Source: Candidatus Uhrbacteria bacterium (lineage in GTDB: Bacteria; Patescibacteriota; Patescibacteriia; UBA9934; GWF2-40-263). Taken from it: DNA of 64,000 nt. Made by a program: the position numbers and the translations under genes. The stretch lies in assembly GCA_014239775.1 (NCBI GenBank), contig JAAZYG010000022.1, forward strand, positions 2,218 to 66,217, in the 5' to 3' direction. Of this stretch, positions 27,668-37,575 are shown in pieces. Position 1 is the first letter of the stretch. Every line of letters starts with the position of its first letter. The notes beneath the pieces are model-generated. The model had not been told where the DNA came from. It worked only from the letters and a program-made list of their open reading frames with translations, and did no database searches.

Positions 27668-28978
27668 ATGGATTTACTAAAAGTTACAGGAGGTGCACCG
27701 CTAAATGGCGAGATTGCACTATCAGGCGCTAAAAATGCAGCGTCAAAAATGATGATTGCCAGCTTGCTTACAGATGAGCAGGTTGTTTTGCATAATGTTC
27801 CAAAGCAAAGAGAGACGGCCATTACTGAAGATATTGTGAATAGTCTGGGTTCAAAAACTGAATGGAAAAAAAATAATGATCATTCTTTGGTGTTACATGC
27901 AAAAGATATTCAGAGTAATGAAATAAGTAAATTGTCAAAAAAGAATAGGATCAGCATTCTTACATTGGCACCTTTGTTACACCGGATAGGAGAGGCATTT
28001 GTTCCGGTTCCTGGTGGAGATAAGATTGGCCCAAGGCCAGTCAACTTTCACGTGCAGACATTAGAAAAAATGGGTGCAAAAATCAAGAAGAAATCTGACG
28101 GGTATCATGCATCGGTTAAAAAACGATTAAAAGGTGCTTTGATAGAGTTGCCGTATCCATCAGTTGGTGCAACCGAAACTGCGATACTGGCAGGTGTATT
28201 AGCAGAAGGTCGTACAACAATAAGAAATGCAGCAAGTGAACCAGAGGTTAAGGAGTTGGTTATGATGTTGCAAAACATGGGTGCTATAATTCAAAAGAAT
28301 GCTGGTCGATCTATTGAAATATTAGGAGTAGAAAAACTTCATGGAACTGAAGCGACTGTGATGCCAGATAGAATAGAAGCTGCTTCATATGCATGTATGG
28401 CTTTGGGGACACGTGGCGAGATCTTTGTTAAAAATGCTCAACATGAGCATATGGTTACATTTTTAAATACAGTTCGTAGGATAGGGGGGGAATACAAGGT
28501 GCAAAGAGATGGTATTCTTTTTAAAGGAGTTGGTGATTATAAAGGCATTGAATTAGAGACAGATACACACCCTGGTTTCATGACAGACTGGCAGCAGCCA
28601 TTAATTGTCGTGTTAACACAGGCAACAGGTACATCTGTTGTTCATGAGACAGTGTATGAGGCACGATTTGGGTATACAGAAGCATTAAAAAAAATGGGTG
28701 CCAACATAACTTTATTTAGCAATTGTTTAGGAGAGATAGATTGTAGATTTAAGGGTCAAAATTACAGACACTCAGCTGTTATAAATGGCCCATCACCAAT
28801 GTATGCTGCAGAAGTTGTTGTGCCAGACATTAGGGCTGGACTTGCATATGTTGTGGCTGCAATGGTTGCAGACGGGACATCCACGTTGAAGGGTATTGAT
28901 CATTTAGATAGGGGCTACGAGCGCTTAGAAGAAAAACTGAAGGGAGTAGGTGCTAAAATTGAGAGGGTTACAAAATAA
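27668..28978 (+). CDS. murA: UDP-N-acetylglucosamine 1-carboxyvinyltransferase (Asp-type active loop)
   Basis: GAKNA, PGGDKIGPRP, PSVGATE, PDRIEA, PGFMTD, DIRAG, DRGYE. Confidence 0.96.
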   Translation: MDLLKVTGGAPLNGEIALSGAKNAASKMMIASLLTDEQVVLHNVPKQRETAITEDIVNSLGSKTEWKKNNDHSLVLHAKDIQSNEISKLSKKNRISILTLAPLLHRIGEAFVPVPGGDKIGPRPVNFHVQTLEKMGAKIKKKSDGYHASVKKRLKGALIELPYPSVGATETAILAGVLAEGRTTIRNAASEPEVKELVMMLQNMGAIIQKNAGRSIEILGVEKLHGTEATVMPDRIEAASYACMALGTRGEIFVKNAQHEHMVTFLNTVRRIGGEYKVQRDGILFKGVGDYKGIELETDTHPGFMTDWQQPLIVVLTQATGTSVVHETVYEARFGYTEALKKMGANITLFSNCLGEIDCRFKGQNYRHSAVINGPSPMYAAEVVVPDIRAGLAYVVAAMVADGTSTLKGIDHLDRGYERLEEKLKGVGAKIERVTK

Positions 28979-28999
28979 ATTTGTTATAATGATTTAGTT

Positions 29000-29677
29000 A
29001 TGTTTTTAAATATATTATTTACATCACCGGCACTTGCCTTGGCATGGGTGGCTGCAATATTTGCATCACTAACAATACATGAATTTTCACATGCTCTAGT
29101 TGGTAAATTAAGAGGTGATAAAACTGCTGAAAGAGAAGGTCGTCTTACATTAAATCCTGTATCACACATTGATTTAATGGGTCTTATTCCTTTATTTATT
29201 TTTGGATTCGGTTGGGCAAAACCTGTACCGTTTAATCCTTATAATTTAAAAAATCCAAAATGGGACAGTGTTCTTATCGCACTTGCTGGTCCATTTTCAA
29301 ATTTAATACTCGCAATATCAAGTGCCGTTGCATTTAGATTATTAATAGGATCGCTAGGAAGTTATAATTTATTATCAGTATTTTTATTTCTGATGATTCT
29401 TATAAATTTATTTTTGATGTTTTTCAATGTTGTTCCAGTTCATCCATTAGATGGCTCTAAGTTGTTCTTTGCATTATTTGATGCGCCAAAATATGCAAAC
29501 ATGAGAAAGGTTGTTGCCCAGCGTGGTCCGCAGGTGTTGATGATTGCTATTTTTCTATCAATACTTACAAATGCAAATATTTTCTTTTTTGTAAGTGAGC
29601 CAGCATTTTTTGTGTGTGATGCACTGATTGGTCAAAGTTGTGGTGGATTTTTTGGAACTGTATTTTCTAGTTTATAA
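29000..29677 (+). CDS. Site-2 protease (M50)
   Basis: HEFSH, GRLTLNP, GWAKPVP, FNVVPVHPLDG. Confidence 0.93.
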   Translation: MFLNILFTSPALALAWVAAIFASLTIHEFSHALVGKLRGDKTAEREGRLTLNPVSHIDLMGLIPLFIFGFGWAKPVPFNPYNLKNPKWDSVLIALAGPFSNLILAISSAVAFRLLIGSLGSYNLLSVFLFLMILINLFLMFFNVVPVHPLDGSKLFFALFDAPKYANMRKVVAQRGPQVLMIAIFLSILTNANIFFFVSEPAFFVCDALIGQSCGGFFGTVFSSL

Positions 29678-29720
29678 AAAAAAGACCCGTGTTTACGGGT
29701 CAGGAGCAACTGCTTTATAT

Positions 29721-30770
29721 TTAGCTGTTGTCCAAGAGTAGACGTACGCCGCTTTGTTTAGCAGCAGCCTGTAGTAGTCGTGCTGTAGCAGCGTGAACGT
29801 TGTTAAGTCGTTTACCAGAACGAATTGTTTCCATTAGTTCTTTGGCGGCGTGTTCACCTATTCGAGCATCTGATTCACAAACTGTGATAAGTGCATTTTT
29901 TACTGCATGCATCAGCTCGCCATTAGTTCCTTCAGGAAGGAATATACCGCTTTGATTAGCGAGTGTTAACAGTTCTTTATGTACTGTCGGTTCAACTTCA
30001 GTGGGACTCGCATTTACACCACCCATCCATTCAATAGCAGCAGCAAACACATCTTTTGGATTGATTAATTGATTGCCATTATTTGTCGTTGAGACAGAGA
30101 TGGACGTTTTCATATATTGGTGTATTGCACCACTTAGGAAAGGCCGGTTTCCGCATGTTGAACAAACAGCAGAATCAATATTGAAGGCCATAGCTAAAAC
30201 ACTAAAACTTTCATTACAGCGTTGGCAGTTTTTGATCCACCACATATTGTCGAAGTCCCAGTCTGTTATGTTAGGGACAATGCCTTTACTAGCAATTCGA
30301 CTTAGATCGTGCTCATCTATGTTAACCAGCAAGCTCCAAGGGTCGTAGCGCCCATTCTCAATCACATCAATGCCATCACGATCTTCGCAGAGCATCCAGC
30401 TTATGCTAGACATTTTGCATCTAGATACGTGATTGCCAATCATTACAATTGCCATTTCGATATCGTCGCCAACAACCTTGCCTACAAATTGGTCATCACG
30501 TTGGTTTTTTGTATTTGGTACATACCAAAGTGAGTAGATTCGATGGACACCTCGTGTCTGTTTACGAGCTTTTAGGTAGTAACGACGGAAGTGTGGTTGC
30601 TGTGCTGGGCTGTTTATTGTTCGGAATCGAGCAATTACAGATTCTGCTGTATCGTATTTGTTGTGTTTGATTAGGTCGCTCAACACAACATTTCTTCCTT
30701 CTAAAGGATGCACCCATCCTAATGGAATTGTTGGTAATGTTACACCAACTTTTATTAGCGAATGAGTCAA
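29721..30770 (-). CDS. Hypothetical zinc-ribbon protein (paralog A)
   Basis: TTG start with SD AAGGAGGT; CQRC..CSTC. Confidence 0.75.
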   Translation of the reverse strand: MTHSLIKVGVTLPTIPLGWVHPLEGRNVVLSDLIKHNKYDTAESVIARFRTINSPAQQPHFRRYYLKARKQTRGVHRIYSLWYVPNTKNQRDDQFVGKVVGDDIEMAIVMIGNHVSRCKMSSISWMLCEDRDGIDVIENGRYDPWSLLVNIDEHDLSRIASKGIVPNITDWDFDNMWWIKNCQRCNESFSVLAMAFNIDSAVCSTCGNRPFLSGAIHQYMKTSISVSTTNNGNQLINPKDVFAAAIEWMGGVNASPTEVEPTVHKELLTLANQSGIFLPEGTNGELMHAVKNALITVCESDARIGEHAAKELMETIRSGKRLNNVHAATARLLQAAAKQSGVRLLLDNS

Positions 30771-30811
30771 TTTATCATACCTCCTTTGCCTTTGTAGTTA
30801 TTTTTGTCTCA

Positions 30812-32011
30812 TTATTTTAAATCTACAACATCTTTTTTATCATCGAAATGTTCTTCCCAGATTGTTGTTAGGATATCCTCTAAATAGTGAGGAAAATCTC
30901 CAATTACTGATTGAACATCTGATAACTCTAAAATGTTTTCGGGTTTTACCTGTGTGCACAGTAGAAGTCTCTCAATTTCGGATACTCTTTCAGTTGCATC
31001 TTCAAATTGGCTCTGTGCTCGACGCCAGTCGGAGATAAGCCACTTTCTATATTCATTATCTGGCAGATGATTCACACGTGCTTGCGGCAGTTCCCCATAC
31101 TCTAGTCGTTGGATTCGATTCGAGAAGTGTCTACCAACACTCTTAATAAACAGAGCTTTAATATCCGGTATTTTGAGTAATTTGTATAGACTTTTTTCGT
31201 AGAGTAAAGAAATGAGTTGGTGTGAAATATCATTATGATTTACACCCTCGATAGTCATTACTGTTCTGTGTTTGATAAGTTGTGAAAATGCAGGTGTTGC
31301 AACTGTTTCTATAAACCATAGTTCAATAGGAGCATAATCGGCAGGTTTGGCTGGTAGAACTGATCTTGTGTTTTGCAAACGCTGAGCCAGAGTTAATGCT
31401 GCTCCTATATCTACAAAAGCATTTTTACCCCAACCAGAGCATGTACACTTATCACAATTCATCCATTCAGGGACAAGTATTAGCAGATCCTTACCAAAGG
31501 AGATTTGTCGGCATTTAGGACACGTGTGACTTGTAATCAAACAGTCGAAATCAAGCGCACCCATTTTAATAGATACATCAAGAACGCCTGTTGAAACAAG
31601 TTGACGTAATCTGTCTGGGTGTTGAGGTAGTAAGTCTACTATGTCGAACCGACCCATCTCAATGAGTTCTAATAGTTCAAAATCAGCATACAATTCCCAT
31701 CGAACACCTGTTAAAACTTGCCTTTGATTTATGTTTGCAATAGTAGCTTTTACAACATCGATTTCTACTGGATTTTTGAAGACCTGAATTGTTGGGTCAG
31801 TACTTTTGTCTTTTCGAGGAAGCTTTGTAACCTGTCGGAGTCTAACTCGATCTCCAAAACCCTTTTCAAGATAATAGATTTTACGAGAATGACACCATTC
31901 TGCGCGCATAACTTCTCTAAACTTCCAAAAGATATTTGGTAAATCAAAATTAATGTCTTCTGTTGTTAAGGAGCCAGGTTGAACCCGACTCAAGGTCGTG
32001 ATATCTGTCAT
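30812..32011 (-). CDS. Hypothetical zinc-ribbon protein (paralog B)
   Basis: SD GAGGTG; CPKC..CDKC; minus-strand TTGACA near 32080. Confidence 0.75.
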   Translation of the reverse strand: MTDITTLSRVQPGSLTTEDINFDLPNIFWKFREVMRAEWCHSRKIYYLEKGFGDRVRLRQVTKLPRKDKSTDPTIQVFKNPVEIDVVKATIANINQRQVLTGVRWELYADFELLELIEMGRFDIVDLLPQHPDRLRQLVSTGVLDVSIKMGALDFDCLITSHTCPKCRQISFGKDLLILVPEWMNCDKCTCSGWGKNAFVDIGAALTLAQRLQNTRSVLPAKPADYAPIELWFIETVATPAFSQLIKHRTVMTIEGVNHNDISHQLISLLYEKSLYKLLKIPDIKALFIKSVGRHFSNRIQRLEYGELPQARVNHLPDNEYRKWLISDWRRAQSQFEDATERVSEIERLLLCTQVKPENILELSDVQSVIGDFPHYLEDILTTIWEEHFDDKKDVVDLK

Positions 32012-32157
32012 TTTTCACCTCATCGGGTTGTATTCCTATTTTATCAGGAACTGAAAAATATATACAAAAATATTGGTTTTGTCAATACATCAGCAGTGCG
32101 TAGATAAATGTTGACCTATTTTTAACAAAATGTTATCCTTCCGACGCAAATATTATT

Positions 32158-32577
32158 ATGCCTACAGTAAATCAATTGATCAGAAAAGGTAGAAAATCTA
32201 AGTCTACCAAGTCTACGTCACCTGCGATGCAGTTTACGTACGATTCACTACATAGAAAAAAGACTCCTTACAAAAAAGGTAGTCCTTTTAAGCGTGGTGT
32301 TTGTATAAAAGTGACAACAATGACTCCAAAAAAACCTAACTCTGCTATACGAAAAGTTGCACGTGTACGTCTTTCAAATGGAATGGAGGCAAACGCTTAT
32401 ATTCCAGGTGAGGGTCATAACTTGCAGGAGCATTCGATTGTAATGATTAGGGGTGGTCGAGTAAAAGATCTTCCGGGTGTTAGATATCACGTAGTTCGTG
32501 GTGTTTATGACACACAGAGTGTTGAAGGAAGAATGCAAAGTAGGTCTAAGTACGGTGCAAAACGTGCAAAAAAATAA
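32158..32577 (+). CDS. rpsL: 30S ribosomal protein S12
   Basis: [20 protein letters not shown]. Confidence 0.99.
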   Translation: MPTVNQLIRKGRKSKSTKSTSPAMQFTYDSLHRKKTPYKKGSPFKRGVCIKVTTMTPKKPNSAIRKVARVRLSNGMEANAYIPGEGHNLQEHSIVMIRGGRVKDLPGVRYHVVRGVYDTQSVEGRMQSRSKYGAKRAKK

Positions 32578-32592
32578 ACGTATAAAATAAAC

Positions 32593-32681
32593 GTACTACC
32601 ACATTGGTATGCATTTTATTTTAAGCGTTTATTAATTATAAAATTTAATTAATTTAGTGGAGTACTTTGTTCGCACAAAGG
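32593..32681 (+). promoter_or_regulatory. Structured rpsL-rpsG spacer (candidate S7 operator)
   Basis: GTACTACCAC/GTGGAGTAC closing helix and CTTTGT/ACAAAG hairpin. Confidence 0.45.
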
Positions 32682-32712
32682 AATATAATCCATTAAGAAT
32701 AAGTCAAAAAAT

Positions 32713-33180
32713 ATGCGAGGTAAAAAAGCCACAAAACGAAAGATACTACCAGATCCAAAATTTGGTAATGTGTATATTGCGAAGTTGATTAATTACATAA
32801 TGAAGGATGGAAAGAAGACAATTGCACAACGTATTGTTTATGATGCACTTGAGTTAATAAGTGAAAGAACAAAACAGGATGCTATTGAAGTTTTTGATTT
32901 AGCAATAAAAAACGTAATGCCATCTCTAGAAGTTAAGAGCAAGCGTGTTGGTGGTGCAAACTATCAAATACCAATGCCTGTAAGAGGAGAAAGACGTCAC
33001 ATGCTTACATATCGTTGGATTATTGCTGCAGCACGTGCAAAGAAAGGTAAGCCAATGTCAGTAAAATTAGCTGAAGAGTTAATTGCTGCATCAAATAACG
33101 AGGGGGATGCTATTAAAAAGAAAACAGACGTTCAAAAAATGGCTGAAGCAAACCGTGCTTTTGCTCATTTTGCTCGATAA
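32713..33180 (+). CDS. rpsG: 30S ribosomal protein S7
   Basis: RVGGANYQIP, MAEANRAFAHF. Confidence 0.99.
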   Translation: MRGKKATKRKILPDPKFGNVYIAKLINYIMKDGKKTIAQRIVYDALELISERTKQDAIEVFDLAIKNVMPSLEVKSKRVGGANYQIPMPVRGERRHMLTYRWIIAAARAKKGKPMSVKLAEELIAASNNEGDAIKKKTDVQKMAEANRAFAHFAR

Positions 33181-33191
33181 AATAATAAAAT

Positions 33192-35276
33192 ATGCCACGT
33201 GAATATCCATTAGATAAAATTAGAAATTTCGGAATTTTTGCCCATATTGATGCAGGTAAAACAACTGTATCAGAACGTATTTTATTTTATACAGGCCGTA
33301 AGCACAAAATTGGTGAGGTGCATGAAGGTGGTGCAACTATGGACTGGATGGAGCAGGAGCAGGAAAGAGGTATTACAATCACAGCTGCTGCAACTACATG
33401 TTTTTGGAAGGACCATAGTTTAAATTTAATCGATACCCCAGGACACATTGATTTTACTGTTGAGGTAAAACGTTCAATGAGAGTTCTTGATGGAGGTGTG
33501 GCTGTTTTTGATGGTGTTGCAGGTGTTGAACCTCAGTCTGAAACAAACTGGAGGTATGCAGATGATTACGATATTCCAAGAATTGTATTTATAAATAAAT
33601 TAGATAGGACAGGTGCAGATTTTTTTAAAGATTTAGACTCAATTCATGATCGTCTTACAAAAAATGCATATCCAATACAGTTACCAATTGGTGCTGAGGG
33701 TGATTTTGTTGGTGTTGTAGATTTGATTAAAATGAAAGCTTTTATCTACAAAGATGATTTGGGAAAAGATATTGAAGAAACAGAGATTCCAGATGATTTG
33801 AAGGAATTGTCTGATGAGTGGAGAGGAAAGTTGATGGAGGCTGTTGCAGAAAACGACGAGGATTTAATGAATAAGTATCTTGGTGGAGAGGAGGTGAGTG
33901 TGGAAGAAATCAATAAAGTTATACGAAAAGCAACAATTGCAAATGATTTTATTCCAGTAATGTGTGGATCTGCACTGAAAAATAAAGGTGTACAGATTTT
34001 ACTTGATGCAATAGTTAATTTCTTACCAAGCCCATTGGACGTGCCTGACATTACAGGAGTAGATCCAGATGATGAGGAGAAGGTGGTAGAAAGAAAAGCT
34101 GATGATAGTTCACCTTTTTCTGCTCTAGCATTCAAGATCGCTGCTGATCCATTTGTTGGAAAACTTGCTTTTTTCCGTGTTTATTCAGGATCAGTAAAGG
34201 CTGGTTCATATATTTTAAATAGTTCTATAGGTAAAAAAGAGAGAGTTGGTAGGATTGTTGTGTTGCATGCAAATTCACGTGAGGAAGTATCTGAAGTGCA
34301 TGCTGGAGGTATCGCGGCAATGGTTGGTCTAAAAGAAACTTATACAGGTCATACTTTATGTGATATAGAGAATCCAATATTATTAGAATCAATTACATTT
34401 CCTGAGCCTGTTATTTCTATTGCAATTGAGCCAAAGACAAAAGTCGATCAAGAAAAGATGGCGTTAGCATTGCAAAAATTAGCTGAGGAAGATCCTACAT
34501 TTAAGATTCGTACTGATGAGGAAACAAATCAGGTCATTATTTCAGGAATGGGAGAACTTCACTTGGATATTATTGTTGATCGCCTAAAACGTGAATTTAG
34601 TGTTGAGTGTAGTGTTGGTAAGCCCCAGGTTTCATATCGTGAAACAATTAAGACAAACGCAGAAGGTGAGGGAAAGTTTATTCGTCAGTCTGGTGGACGT
34701 GGTCAGTATGGTCACTGTCTTGTAAAGATTGAAAAACTAGAACCTGGTGCTGGTGTTGAATTCGAGGAGATTATTAAAGGTGGTTCAATTCCAAGAGAAT
34801 ATTTCAATGCTATTGAAAAAGGAATTCGTGAAGCAGCAGACAGAGGTGTTATGGCCGGTTATCCATTACTTGATGTAAAGGTAACTTTATATGATGGGTC
34901 TTTTCATGATGTAGATTCTTCAGAAGCTGCGTTTAAAATCGCTGGCTCAATGGCATTCCAAGATGCAGCAAAGAAAGCAGGTATTGAATTGCTTGAGCCT
35001 ATGATGAAGGTTGAAAGTATTACACCAGAAGATTACATGGGTACAGTTGTTGGAGATTTGAATTCAAAACGTGGTCAAATTCAGGAAATGTCAGATCGTT
35101 CAGGTGTAAAGGTTGTATCAGCGTTTGTGCCACTTGCAGAAATGTTTGGTTATGCAACTACATTAAGATCTTTGTCTCAAGGTAGAGCTAGCTACTCAAT
35201 GGAATTTGATCATTATAGTGCTGTACCATCAAATGTTTCAAAAGAAATTGTTGAAAAAAGAGGTGGTAAAGCGTAA
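33192..35276 (+). CDS. fusA: Elongation factor G
   Basis: [33 protein letters not shown]. Confidence 0.99.
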   Translation: MPREYPLDKIRNFGIFAHIDAGKTTVSERILFYTGRKHKIGEVHEGGATMDWMEQEQERGITITAAATTCFWKDHSLNLIDTPGHIDFTVEVKRSMRVLDGGVAVFDGVAGVEPQSETNWRYADDYDIPRIVFINKLDRTGADFFKDLDSIHDRLTKNAYPIQLPIGAEGDFVGVVDLIKMKAFIYKDDLGKDIEETEIPDDLKELSDEWRGKLMEAVAENDEDLMNKYLGGEEVSVEEINKVIRKATIANDFIPVMCGSALKNKGVQILLDAIVNFLPSPLDVPDITGVDPDDEEKVVERKADDSSPFSALAFKIAADPFVGKLAFFRVYSGSVKAGSYILNSSIGKKERVGRIVVLHANSREEVSEVHAGGIAAMVGLKETYTGHTLCDIENPILLESITFPEPVISIAIEPKTKVDQEKMALALQKLAEEDPTFKIRTDEETNQVIISGMGELHLDIIVDRLKREFSVECSVGKPQVSYRETIKTNAEGEGKFIRQSGGRGQYGHCLVKIEKLEPGAGVEFEEIIKGGSIPREYFNAIEKGIREAADRGVMAGYPLLDVKVTLYDGSFHDVDSSEAAFKIAGSMAFQDAAKKAGIELLEPMMKVESITPEDYMGTVVGDLNSKRGQIQEMSDRSGVKVVSAFVPLAEMFGYATTLRSLSQGRASYSMEFDHYSAVPSNVSKEIVEKRGGKA

Positions 35277-35339
35277 GTAAATAAAACTAAATTAAAACGA
35301 GACTTAAGTTGTCTCGTTTTTTTTGTACTTATAATTAAT

Positions 35340-35879
35340 TTAAACAATATATAAATATATTCCAGATTTTTCTTGTACTGGTTTCCAGTTTGGAAAATTA
35401 AATGCATTAGACACTATTCTTGATCCAGGTTTTAGCTCGTTTTTAAGTTTTAATTTAAGTTTATTCATTGCTGGTGATGTTTGGTATAGCAACACAACAT
35501 CTGTATTTTTTAAATCAGCATCCCAAAAAGATTCTTTTAATATTTCTATTTTTTTACTAAATCCAAGTTTGTTAATTTTTCTAATAGATCTTTTTATAAG
35601 ACCAGGATGCAGTTCATACCCTGTAGCAGATTTTGCACCAACCTTTATTGCTTCTATAAGTAGTATGCCATCACCTGAACCCATATCGACAACATGATCT
35701 GTGGGTGATATTTTAGCCATAGAAATCATGGTTATAGCTTTTTCTTGTGTGGATGGAATGTATGGAGCTCCACCGTGAAAAATTGGAATCAACATTCCAC
35801 CAAACCAATAAATGGCCAGTAAATTAGCTGCAATTATAAGGGTTGCCATTAAAACAAAAATAAAAAAAATAGGGTCCAT
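35340..35879 (-). CDS. Membrane-anchored class I SAM-dependent methyltransferase
   Basis: N-terminal TM, GAPYIPS, DMGSGDG, ELKPGSRIVS. Confidence 0.88.
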   Translation of the reverse strand: MDPIFFIFVLMATLIIAANLLAIYWFGGMLIPIFHGGAPYIPSTQEKAITMISMAKISPTDHVVDMGSGDGILLIEAIKVGAKSATGYELHPGLIKRSIRKINKLGFSKKIEILKESFWDADLKNTDVVLLYQTSPAMNKLKLKLKNELKPGSRIVSNAFNFPNWKPVQEKSGIYLYIV

Positions 35880-36899
35880 ATGAATTATTTTGTACCACAT
35901 CACATCTTGGAACAATATGGTATAGGTAAAGTTAATAGTATATCTAAAATTGGAAATGGATTAATTCACGAAACTTTTTCAATAAATTCATCTAGTGGAC
36001 AGTATATCATTCAAAAGTTAAATGCAGTACTTGCAACAAAGGAGATCGCAGAAGATTTTTTAAGTATCACCAAGTATTTAGAATCCAAAAATATTTTGGC
36101 ACCAAAATGTGTACTTACAAAAAATGGTAAAGTTTTAGCTAAATTAGAGGGTAAATCGTGGAGAATGCAAACACAAATTGAAGGAGAGGTGTACTCAGGA
36201 ATAGATGATTATGAAATGTTGTACGAAGCTGGGTTTTTACTCGGAGGTTTTCACAGGGTGTTAAATAACTGTAATATTAATTTTCGATCAAATTTAATCT
36301 TGCATCAAACAAAAACCATATATCAAAGATTACTGGATTCAGAATGTAAATATACATGTGATACTACAGATGTAAAAGAAAGTCTGGTCTTTTTAAAAAA
36401 GGAAATGCCAAAATATTTTTTGCCAAACACACTTCCAGTACGTGTGATACATGGCGATCCAAAAATTTCAAATATTATATTTAACAACAAAAAAGCAGTA
36501 GCTTTAATTGATCTAGATACCTGTAACAAACAAAATATACTGGTTGAATTAGGTGATGCGTTTAGATCTTGGTGCGGAGGTACAGAAGATGATGATATGA
36601 ATTACTTTGATGTTGAAAAATTTAAATATGCATGGCATGGATATTTTGATGGGTCTGTTGGCATGTTAAGTATTCAAGAAAAAAGTTTAATTATTAGGTC
36701 TATTGGAACTATCACCTTAGAACTTGCGAGTAGGTTTTTAACTGATTATTTTGAGGATTCGTATTTTGGTTGGGATAATATTCGATATAAAACAAGAAAA
36801 GATCATAATTTGGCAAGATGTTTAGGGCAATTAGCTCAATTTAAATCTTATAAAACTAATAAAATGCATCTAGAAGAGATGATAATGAGCAAAACTTGA
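35880..36899 (+). CDS. Aminoglycoside phosphotransferase/N-acetylhexosamine kinase family protein
   Basis: GNGLIHET, HGDPKISN, IDLDT, RFLTDY. Confidence 0.88.
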   Translation: MNYFVPHHILEQYGIGKVNSISKIGNGLIHETFSINSSSGQYIIQKLNAVLATKEIAEDFLSITKYLESKNILAPKCVLTKNGKVLAKLEGKSWRMQTQIEGEVYSGIDDYEMLYEAGFLLGGFHRVLNNCNINFRSNLILHQTKTIYQRLLDSECKYTCDTTDVKESLVFLKKEMPKYFLPNTLPVRVIHGDPKISNIIFNNKKAVALIDLDTCNKQNILVELGDAFRSWCGGTEDDDMNYFDVEKFKYAWHGYFDGSVGMLSIQEKSLIIRSIGTITLELASRFLTDYFEDSYFGWDNIRYKTRKDHNLARCLGQLAQFKSYKTNKMHLEEMIMSKT

Positions 36900-36932
36900 C
36901 ACTACTGAGAAGTTAGTTAAAATGCCGATAAT

Positions 36933-37412
36933 ATGAAAGATCAATTTAAAAGAATAATAGATTTGGTTCGCAAAACTGGTGACACAATGGTGGTTACAGA
37001 TACTAATGGAGAGGATGTGTATGTTGTAATGGATCTAGATAATTACGAACTATTAATAGATAGTTTAGATAATTATGAAATAGAGGATTTTGATGAAGAT
37101 GATGATTATGAATCAGAACGTGCGAATGATTTTAATGTTGAAGAGGATTTAGCAGAAAATGTGTCTGAAACAACTCAAAGTGTACCTAAGGAGCAAAGCG
37201 TACCTGCTATATGGGATTCAATGCAATCTGCAACAGACAAAGGTCAAACTTGGGATATCTCAAAGTTAAATGAAAAAGAAATGGCTGATTTAGAAGAAAA
37301 ATTTGAGGAATTTGCTGCAAGAAATGTAAAGGAGGCCATAGAAGAAACAGCCAACATAACAGATGTAAATGATTTTGATGAAGAGGAGTTTTATTTGGAG
37401 CCAATAGAGTAA
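36933..37412 (+). CDS. Acidic protein with Phd/YefM-like N-terminus
   Basis: FKRIIDLVRKTGDTMVVT..VYVVMDLDNYE, then an Asp/Glu-rich tail ending FYLEPIE; TTGACA upstream. Confidence 0.7.
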   Translation: MKDQFKRIIDLVRKTGDTMVVTDTNGEDVYVVMDLDNYELLIDSLDNYEIEDFDEDDDYESERANDFNVEEDLAENVSETTQSVPKEQSVPAIWDSMQSATDKGQTWDISKLNEKEMADLEEKFEEFAARNVKEAIEETANITDVNDFDEEEFYLEPIE

Positions 37413-37575
37413 TTTTAGCTCATTTTAGCTAAGGAATAAGGTAGTAAGTACATTCTTGCAAAAATGCTAACAAACCCCAGGTCTAAGACTTGCATGTTTC
37501 AAAAGGTTTTGTTATACTTGCGCACGTCTTTGTAAACAAATTAAACACTAAATTAAGGTAAATTATTATACATTT

